DNA from: an uncultured virus (IMG/VR IMGVR_UViG_3300035698_004319)
Lineage: Duplodnaviria; Heunggongvirae; Uroviricota; Caudoviricetes
Virus record (IMG/VR): IMGVR_UViG_3300035698_004319
Length of the DNA: 64,000 nucleotides
Strand: one strand, 5' to 3'
A program made the position numbers and the translations under genes. How positions within the stretch are numbered: position 1 is the stretch's first letter; each line of letters starts with the position of its first letter. This document shows, piece after piece, positions 57,246 through 64,000 of the stretch. Under the pieces are notes generated by a model. That model was not told where the DNA came from and made no database searches. It worked only from the letters and a program-made list of their open reading frames with translations.

Positions 57246-58010
57246 ATGCAATTACACAATTGGTATTATTATTTTAAATCTGCTCTTACTCCCGAACAAT
57301 GTAAAAAAATCATTGATACGGGCCTACAACTAATTACAGAAGATAAAGCAAACGGGGTTGATACCTCTGCTGTTACTTTTGGAAATAATCATAAACAATC
57401 TTTAATAAAACAAAATCCTAATGTTAATTCTATAGGAGATAAAACTATAGAAGAAACTTCAAAGGAAACAGGAAAATCTCCTGAAGAACTTTCTAAAAAT
57501 TTTGTAATTCGAGATAGTGAAGTGACTTGGATGGGATATGATTGGTTATATAATTTAATAAACCCATATATAACAGAAGCGAATATTGAAGCTGGTTGGA
57601 ATTTTGAAGTTGATTGTTCGGAGTGTTTTCAATTTACAGTATATAAACCTGAAGGATTTTATGGGTGGCATTTTGATGGTTCTTCAGATTCAAAAGCTGC
57701 GTATAAGAGAGAAATTGCTGGAATAACTCCAGATACCCGTCAATATACTAAAAATAATTCTCACATAGGAAAAGTAAGAAAAATTAGTCTAACAATTAAT
57801 TTAAATTCTCCAGGAGAATATGAAGGCGGTAATTTAAAGTTTGATTTTGGTCCACATAGTCCAAGAAATAGATTTTATGAATGTGAAGAAATAAGACCTC
57901 AAGGTTCAATTATTGCTTTTCCATCATTCTTATACCACCAAGTAACCCCAATAACACAAGGCACAAGATACTCTCTTGTATTGTGGGTATTAGGGAAACC
58001 ATTTAAGTAG
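57246..58010 (+). CDS. 2OG-Fe(II) oxygenase (prolyl-4-hydroxylase-like)
   Basis: QFT.Y...FYGWH.D, RKIS....L.....YEGG, FPS..H.V.P.T.G.R.SLV.W..G. Confidence 0.9.
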   Translation: MQLHNWYYYFKSALTPEQCKKIIDTGLQLITEDKANGVDTSAVTFGNNHKQSLIKQNPNVNSIGDKTIEETSKETGKSPEELSKNFVIRDSEVTWMGYDWLYNLINPYITEANIEAGWNFEVDCSECFQFTVYKPEGFYGWHFDGSSDSKAAYKREIAGITPDTRQYTKNNSHIGKVRKISLTINLNSPGEYEGGNLKFDFGPHSPRNRFYECEEIRPQGSIIAFPSFLYHQVTPITQGTRYSLVLWVLGKPFK

Positions 58011-58016
58011 GAAAAT

Positions 58017-58829
58017 ATGACAGAAAATAATATGATAGAATGGGAAGAATTTACCCAAGCACAGAAAAATGAATTTCAAAAATTATTAAAAAAAGGAGCA
58101 GCAAATAATCCAAACATAATGCACCCAGCTGCTAAGTTTTTTAAGGAAAATGGTTGGGTTAAAATAGAAAAATTTATTGATAAGAATATGGCTAATTATT
58201 TTTATCATTATATAACTTTAGAAGCTCAGAGAGCTTTGTTCATAGAAGAAGTTGAAGGAAAAGAATACAATAAAGAGATATACGGAACATTTTCAGATTC
58301 TCAAGCGCCGGGAGATTTTAGTAAATATGGCGATCTTGCATTTGATTCATTATTAAGCTTAGGGTTAGATCAAGTAGAAATGTTTACAAACAAGGAATTG
58401 GTTCCCACCTATTCTTATCACAGACTTTATACAAAAGGAACAGAATTAAAAAAACATAAAGATCGGGATAGTTGTGAAATTTCAACAACATTGTGTCTAG
58501 GTTATGATGTTAGTAATGTTGATTCTAAAAAATATCCAGATTGGAGTTGGCCTATGTTTATTGAAAAAGAAGGAGATACTCCTATTCCTGTTCATATGTC
58601 CCCTGGAGATATGATAATTTATAGAGGGTGTGAATTGCACCACTGGAGAGAACCTTATAAAGGCAATAATCACGCTCAAGTATTTTTGCATTATAATGAA
58701 AAGAATAAGGAAGTTAATAATATATTTGATGATAGGCCGGTATTAGGATTAAGTGCAAAGTATAAAACACAAAAAAATACATTAGAAGATGGTGATGTTA
58801 TACATCCAGATGTTAACATTGTAGATTAA
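58017..58829 (+). CDS. 2OG-Fe(II) oxygenase
   Basis: PTYSY.R.Y..G..L..H.DR.SCEIS.T, GD..IY.G....HWR, QVFLHY. Confidence 0.85.
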   Translation: MTENNMIEWEEFTQAQKNEFQKLLKKGAANNPNIMHPAAKFFKENGWVKIEKFIDKNMANYFYHYITLEAQRALFIEEVEGKEYNKEIYGTFSDSQAPGDFSKYGDLAFDSLLSLGLDQVEMFTNKELVPTYSYHRLYTKGTELKKHKDRDSCEISTTLCLGYDVSNVDSKKYPDWSWPMFIEKEGDTPIPVHMSPGDMIIYRGCELHHWREPYKGNNHAQVFLHYNEKNKEVNNIFDDRPVLGLSAKYKTQKNTLEDGDVIHPDVNIVD

Positions 58830-58835
58830 TTAAAT

Positions 58836-59525
58836 ATGGACAATTGGAAAATTAATTTAAATACTAAAGATCCTAGATTTCCTTTTATTGTAATAGATAA
58901 TTGGTATAATGAAAGAGAAGAAAAGGTTATATGGAAAGAATTAGAGTTATATACCGCTTTACCTAATGATTTAAAAGATAGAGCTGAAAAAGATGGACCA
59001 GTTGCGATGGCGGCCGATGGAACTTCTAAAAGTAAAGCTTTCAGATTTTATGTGGATCAAGTATATGCTAGTGGAGGCAAAAAATATTCTCCAATTTTAA
59101 ACTGTGCTTCAAAGATATTGAATCCTTCTTTAGCTCCTTATATATCTCAATGTCTTCCATATTCTCGTCACTTTTTTTCTGCTAGTAAAATATTTACACT
59201 TTGTTCTTATTATGAAGAAAATGATCATTATCACAACCATTTTGATTGTGGCCAATGGACGCTTTTAATTTGGTTTGTAAAAGATAAAGAATTATTTACA
59301 GGAGGAGATTTTAGTTTACCTGAATCCAATAATTTAATAAAATTAAAACACAATAGAGCTGTTCTTTTCCCTGGATGTTGTTTACACGCAGTAACTCCTG
59401 TTAAATTTAAATCGCCACCTGAAAAAGAAGGATTGGGTAGATATACAATAACCCATTTTATTAATTCTGAGGAAGATAGTGGATCTAACCATATATCAGT
59501 TAAAGATTTAAAGGAACAAAAATGA
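58836..59525 (+). CDS. 2OG-Fe(II) oxygenase
   Basis: YY...D.Y..H.D, F.GG, N...FP....H.V, GRY.I. Confidence 0.8.
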   Translation: MDNWKINLNTKDPRFPFIVIDNWYNEREEKVIWKELELYTALPNDLKDRAEKDGPVAMAADGTSKSKAFRFYVDQVYASGGKKYSPILNCASKILNPSLAPYISQCLPYSRHFFSASKIFTLCSYYEENDHYHNHFDCGQWTLLIWFVKDKELFTGGDFSLPESNNLIKLKHNRAVLFPGCCLHAVTPVKFKSPPEKEGLGRYTITHFINSEEDSGSNHISVKDLKEQK

Positions 59526-60016
59526 TTCAAATATTTGATAATTTTATGGATAATGATATTAAAAATGTATTAGAAAATCATTTTTTAAGTGTTCCACATT
59601 ACTATGGCCATTTTTCTACAGAAACTTCAAATAGATTTTATGCTACAGATATGGATATGAAAAATCCTTTAATTATGTGTGTTGCTGAAAAACTAAAAAA
59701 AATAAAATTAATTACTGAAAATAAGGTTAATTTTTTAAGAACATATATAAACGTGCAACATAATCATATGGACGGATCATTTCACGGAGATGATGGAGAT
59801 ATTACATTTCTTTTAATGTCTTCAAAAACTCTTAAAGAAGGATCAGGACAGTTTCAAATAAAAATTAATAACGACAATACCAATATAAAGTCTATAGATT
59901 TTGTTCAAAATAGATTAATTATGTTTAAAGCTTCTTGGGAACACCGTGGAATGGCGCCTTTAGAACCAAATATACCTAGAATTACATTAGCTTTTAAAAG
60001 CGAATTTATACGATAA
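59522..60016 (+). CDS. 2OG-Fe(II) oxygenase
   Basis: R.Y.N.......G.FH.D, NRL..F.....H.G..P.....R..LA. Confidence 0.8.
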   Translation: MIQIFDNFMDNDIKNVLENHFLSVPHYYGHFSTETSNRFYATDMDMKNPLIMCVAEKLKKIKLITENKVNFLRTYINVQHNHMDGSFHGDDGDITFLLMSSKTLKEGSGQFQIKINNDNTNIKSIDFVQNRLIMFKASWEHRGMAPLEPNIPRITLAFKSEFIR

Positions 60017-60066
60017 CAATTATTGATGTATAAATATAGTTATAATACATATCGGTGTAGGTAACT

Positions 60067-60414
60067 ATGACAATTATTAATCAAATCAAAAACATTAAGA
60101 TAAAACAAGGCTCTTCATTTAACGATACTTTTATTGTTAAAGACAATAGTGGAGATGTACAAGATTTAACAAGTTATACTGTTGAAGCCAAATTAGCAAG
60201 AGGCTATGCTTCAACACATACTAGAACCGATTTCACATCTGTCATTACTTCGGCTGCAGCTGGCACAATCACCTTATCTTTATCAGACCAAGTAACGGAT
60301 AATTTAGATCCACATACTAGATATGTTTATGATATAGTAATCACCTATACCGACAGCACAGTCACAAGAGTTTTTGAGGGTATTGCTACTGTTGATCCGG
60401 GAGTTACAATTTAA
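60067..60414 (+). CDS. BppU-like virion structural protein
   Basis: I.QG..F......DLT.Y........G.I.LSL....T..L...RYVYD......RV.EG...V.P. Confidence 0.65.
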   Translation: MTIINQIKNIKIKQGSSFNDTFIVKDNSGDVQDLTSYTVEAKLARGYASTHTRTDFTSVITSAAAGTITLSLSDQVTDNLDPHTRYVYDIVITYTDSTVTRVFEGIATVDPGVTI

Positions 60415-61706
60415 TGTCCGATAATGTATTTGAAAATTTATTTAACATAGCTGAAAGTGTTAAAACTATACAAAAAGAAGAAGACAAAAAATTAGAAGTA
60501 TTAGAAGAAATATTTTCTCTATCAAAATTAGAAGAATTAAAAAATAATAACTTACAAGAAAACGAAGTAAATCTGGTTGACAGTTTATTAAGTTTAGCAA
60601 GTTCATTAAAAGAGTATCAGCCCACAGAAAAAAATATACAAGAATCAATTGTCGTTGAACAAACTGTTCCTGATAAAACGGTTGAGGATGTTTTCGGTCA
60701 ACTAACAGAATTTTTATCTAACACTAGAAACGAATTAACACTTAAAGAAAATGATTTGATTAGAAATGCACAATCAGCTTTAAGTAATAAACTTGTTTCT
60801 ACTCATTTAAAACCTGTTGATCATTATGAAATAGATAGAAATACCATTATTGATAGAATTACAAAATCGGCCAATACTTTTAAAGAACAGATTACTACAG
60901 GTGATATAACACTTGAAAATTTGCAGAAAGAGTTTAATAAATTTAAACAACTAACAACACTTCAATTACATTCACTAGGTGGCGGTGGTTCTACCAAAAT
61001 TAATGAAATGGATGATATTGATTATAGTACAAAACAAAATGGTTATGCTTTAAAGTGGAATTCAACATCAAACAAATATGATTTTGGAGAAGTTGCCGTA
61101 TCATTTGCAGCTGTAGATGAGGATATAATTCCTGACGTTAATAATACGAGAAATTTAGGTTCTGCTAGCAAAACTTGGTCAAATGGATACTTTCAAAATC
61201 TTTATGTATCTGGCTCAACATTAGAAGTTTCAAACGACGCTGTATTGAAAGGTGATATTCAATTAGGTCTCAATTCAGGAGATTCTACCGAAGATACTAT
61301 TACAGTTAACGGAAGATTTGTTTCAAATTTAGAACCATTAACTAACATAACTTATGATTTAGGTTCTCCTAATAGAAGATGGAGAGATATTTATTTATCA
61401 GGAAATACTATTGACCTTGCAGGTGCAACTATATCAGGAGATGGTACAGGTGCAATTAATATTTCGGCTACCGGTGCAACTTTACCAGCAGGATCAAAAG
61501 TTGGCACTCAAACCATTGCACAATCGGATGCTGTTACAGGAATTGTGACAAAATCTGTACCATTATATACACAAAATAGTGGATTAGGAACACCAGCTGC
61601 AACATTTACTATGTCTGCTGGAGGAGGTTTAGGTGGTTCAATTTTTCAATCTTTTACGAAGGCAAATGGAACAACACAAGGAAAATTTGAATTATTTAGT
61701 TTTTAG
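60414..61706 (+). CDS. Fibre-like structural protein (acidic coiled-coil + DLGS...W...Y repeats)
   Basis: GGGG linker; two IP....NLGS..K.W / LEP....YDLGS..RRW units. Confidence 0.6.
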   Translation: MSDNVFENLFNIAESVKTIQKEEDKKLEVLEEIFSLSKLEELKNNNLQENEVNLVDSLLSLASSLKEYQPTEKNIQESIVVEQTVPDKTVEDVFGQLTEFLSNTRNELTLKENDLIRNAQSALSNKLVSTHLKPVDHYEIDRNTIIDRITKSANTFKEQITTGDITLENLQKEFNKFKQLTTLQLHSLGGGGSTKINEMDDIDYSTKQNGYALKWNSTSNKYDFGEVAVSFAAVDEDIIPDVNNTRNLGSASKTWSNGYFQNLYVSGSTLEVSNDAVLKGDIQLGLNSGDSTEDTITVNGRFVSNLEPLTNITYDLGSPNRRWRDIYLSGNTIDLAGATISGDGTGAINISATGATLPAGSKVGTQTIAQSDAVTGIVTKSVPLYTQNSGLGTPAATFTMSAGGGLGGSIFQSFTKANGTTQGKFELFSF

Positions 61707-61744
61707 TAAAAATTTTATATAAATATAGTTTAGGAGAATAAAAA

Positions 61745-62299
61745 ATGGCAACAAAAGTACCAATAAGAACAGTTTTTGACGGTGATGGTAATGCAACAGG
61801 ACTGGCTGAATTTCAGACAGGCGAGTTTATTGGTTATCTATACGGAGGTACTGGAGTATCGAGCATTGGAACGGCAGGTCAAGTTTTAAAAGTAAATTCA
61901 GGCGGAACCTCTTTAGAATATGGAAGTGTTGAAGCTGTAATTAATATTGATACAGCAACCGATTTAACAGATCAAACATTAACAGTAACCGACCTATTAA
62001 TTGCTTCAGATGGCGGAACAGAAGGTAGAATTACTTTATCCCAACTTGATACATTGTTTAAAGGTACAACTCAAATCCTTACAAACAAATCAATAGATTC
62101 AGATAATAATACTATTACTAATATAGTTAATGCTGATATTAAATCTAGTGCAGCTATTGACGCAACTAAAATTGCAAATGGATCAGTATCAAGTACGGAA
62201 TTTCAATATATTAGTACATTAGCTAGCAATGCACAGGATCAATTAAACGCAAAAGCAGAAAAGTCTTTTGCAATAGCACAAGCCATTGCTCTCGGATAA
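61745..62299 (+). CDS. Fibre-like structural protein ending FAIAQAIALG
   Basis: GGTG...G..GQVL.VN repeat; shares 83 bp with 41806. Confidence 0.6.
   Translation: MATKVPIRTVFDGDGNATGLAEFQTGEFIGYLYGGTGVSSIGTAGQVLKVNSGGTSLEYGSVEAVINIDTATDLTDQTLTVTDLLIASDGGTEGRITLSQLDTLFKGTTQILTNKSIDSDNNTITNIVNADIKSSAAIDATKIANGSVSSTEFQYISTLASNAQDQLNAKAEKSFAIAQAIALG
62081..62163 (+). repeat. 83-bp exact direct repeat, copy 2
   Basis: Identical to 42391-42473. Confidence 0.9.
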
Positions 62300-62346
62300 A
62301 CACTATTATTTACTTATAAATAGTAGAGTAAACACAAGGATATTAA

Positions 62347-63159
62347 ATGGCAACACCAGCTACAAGGGATAGTTTAAAAGAATACGCTTTAAGAACGTTA
62401 GGAAAACCTGTAATTGAAATCAACGCTGATAACGATCAATTAGAGGATAGACTAGACGAGGCTCTTCAATTTTATGCTCAGTACCACTATGATGGTATTA
62501 GACGTACCTATCTTAAATATAAACTAACAGCTGATGACAAAATTAGACTGTCAGCAACAAATCCTTTTACAGAAACAATAACTAAAAATTCTGTTACCAC
62601 TACTTGGAGTGAAGCTAATAACTTTTTAGTAGTTCCTGAATCAGTAATAGCTGTTACAAATATTTTTCCATTTTCATCCAAAGCAAGTATGAATTTATTT
62701 GATGTAAGATATCAATTACGTCTAAATGATTTGTATGATTTTACTTCAACCTCTATTATTAACTACGATATGGCAATGAGGCATTTGGATTTTTTAGATC
62801 AAATTTTAGTGGGTATGAAACCTATAAGATTTCAACAAAATGATAATAGATTATATATTGATATGGATTGGGCCAATGATCTACAAGAGGATGAATATTT
62901 AGTTATAGATTGTTATAGAAAATTAGATCCAACGGTATACACAGACGTTTTTAATGACATATGGCTAAAGAGATATGTAACAGCATTGTTTAAAAAACAA
63001 TGGGGAGCTAATTTGTCAAAATTTGATGGAGTAACAATGATTGGTGGAGTTACATTAAACGGATCAAAGATTTTTTCTGAAGCAACAGAAGATATTGCCA
63101 AACTTGAAAAAGAAATAAGAGATAACTTTGAAATAGCTCCAAGCTTTATGATAGGATAG
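62347..63159 (+). CDS. gp13: Neck protein
   Basis: P..R..L..Y.LR.LG.PVIEIN...Q..D..DEA.Q.....HYDG, W.K.Y..AL.K.QWG.NL.KF. Confidence 0.92.
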   Translation: MATPATRDSLKEYALRTLGKPVIEINADNDQLEDRLDEALQFYAQYHYDGIRRTYLKYKLTADDKIRLSATNPFTETITKNSVTTTWSEANNFLVVPESVIAVTNIFPFSSKASMNLFDVRYQLRLNDLYDFTSTSIINYDMAMRHLDFLDQILVGMKPIRFQQNDNRLYIDMDWANDLQEDEYLVIDCYRKLDPTVYTDVFNDIWLKRYVTALFKKQWGANLSKFDGVTMIGGVTLNGSKIFSEATEDIAKLEKEIRDNFEIAPSFMIG

Positions 63160-63163
63160 TGAT

Positions 63164-63955
63164 ATGCCTACAAATCAATATTTTCAAAGTGGAAACGGTA
63201 TAGGAAATGCAGCTGAACAAAGATTACACGAAGATTTAATTATAGAATCTTTAAGACAATTTGGTCACGACATATATTATATGCCTCGTACCTTGGTCAA
63301 TAAGGATATAATTTTAGGCGAAGATGTTGCAAGTAGATTTGATAGTGCTTTTCCAATAGAAGCATATTTTGAAACAACACAAGGATTTGCCGGTCAACAA
63401 GAATTAATTAGTAAGTTCGGTTTAGAGATTCGAGAAGATACAACCTTTATGATCTCTAAAAGGAGATTTAACGACCTAGTTGATTCTAAAGTTTCATTAA
63501 TAAAAGAAGGAAGACCGAACGAAGGTGATATAATCTATCTGCCTTTGATGAAAAGTTTTTTTGAAATTTTATTTGTTGAAGATCAAGAGCCATTCTTTCA
63601 ATTAGGCAATTTGCCAGTTTACAAATTAAGAGTAACTCGTTGGGAATACAGTTCCGAAGAAATCAATACAGGTGTGGCAGAGCTTGATGTTGCCGAAGAT
63701 ACTTATTCATTAAATCAATTAAATTATCAATTTACATTAGAGAATGAAGTTGGCTCAATTGTATTAGAAAATAATAATGTTGATAATGAAATACAATATC
63801 TATTATTAGAAACATATAGTCTTCAAACACAATCATCATATGCTGGTAATAATGATTTTGAATCTGAAGCTGGTTTTGATACAGCCGATACCACAGACGA
63901 TATACTAGACTTTAGCGAAGCTAACCCATTTGGAGATCCAGGAGATTTTAATTAA
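63164..63955 (+). CDS. gp14: Neck protein
   Basis: EQ.L..DL..ES....G...YY.PR, SKFGL, RP.EGD.IY.P, PF.QLG, DF.E.NPFG. Confidence 0.92.
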   Translation: MPTNQYFQSGNGIGNAAEQRLHEDLIIESLRQFGHDIYYMPRTLVNKDIILGEDVASRFDSAFPIEAYFETTQGFAGQQELISKFGLEIREDTTFMISKRRFNDLVDSKVSLIKEGRPNEGDIIYLPLMKSFFEILFVEDQEPFFQLGNLPVYKLRVTRWEYSSEEINTGVAELDVAEDTYSLNQLNYQFTLENEVGSIVLENNNVDNEIQYLLLETYSLQTQSSYAGNNDFESEAGFDTADTTDDILDFSEANPFGDPGDFN

Positions 63956-64000
63956 TGTTTAATAGATTTTTTTACAATGAAGGAATGAGAAAATTAACAG
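63955..64000 (+). CDS. gp15: Tail sheath stabiliser, N-terminal fragment (MFNRFFYNEGMRKLT)
   Basis: TAATG coupling after gp14; F..FY....RK start; truncated by the window end. Confidence 0.65.
   Translation, partial: MFNRFFYNEGMRKLT

Noticed and set aside
42391..62163. Diversity-generating retroelement TR/VR pairs among the fibre repeats
   Set aside because: Repeats are exact, without adenine-specific mismatches, and no reverse transcriptase is visible in the window
1..64000. CRISPR array, integrase, transposase, intron or intein
   Set aside because: No regularly spaced repeat-spacer array or recognisable mobile-element motifs seen; core genes appear uninterrupted

Overview
AT-rich 64 kb segment of a T4-like (myovirus) phage genome. 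The host is most plausibly a marine alphaproteobacterium such as SAR11/Pelagibacterales; this is inferred from a permuted alpha-type tmRNA, alpha-type LexA boxes and the low GC. Positions 1-22 kb are early/middle genes behind near-consensus sigma70 promoters: small hypotheticals, lipoproteins, glutaredoxin, RNase H, glucosaminidase, DenV-like glycosylase, M15 peptidase, exonuclease, cspA, gp33, gp59, three tandem paralogues and gp32. Positions 22-32 kb are the baseplate/tail block (tape-measure-like, gp51, gp26, gp54, gp2, gp4, gp48, gp53, hub, gp5). An inverted accessory island spans 32-36 kb, and 36-64 kb holds late structural genes (PAAR, gp25, gp6, gp7, fibre modules, gp8, DUF4815, 2OG-Fe(II) oxygenases, gp13, gp14, start of gp15) under TATAAATA promoters. 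The most notable signals are not in the ORF track: (1) a two-piece permuted tmRNA (tag ANESYALAA) next to cspA and a glnA-type glutamine riboswitch behind a late promoter; (2) a T TTT TTC -1 frameshift that would fuse gp26 to gp51; (3) GTTC-N7-GTTC SOS boxes upstream of two early promoters; (4) a strong local GGCC cluster over gp5; (5) a sarcin-ricin-like RNA hairpin; (6) exact DNA repeats indicating shuffling of tail-fibre modules. All family calls come from motif recognition and synteny; no searches were run.
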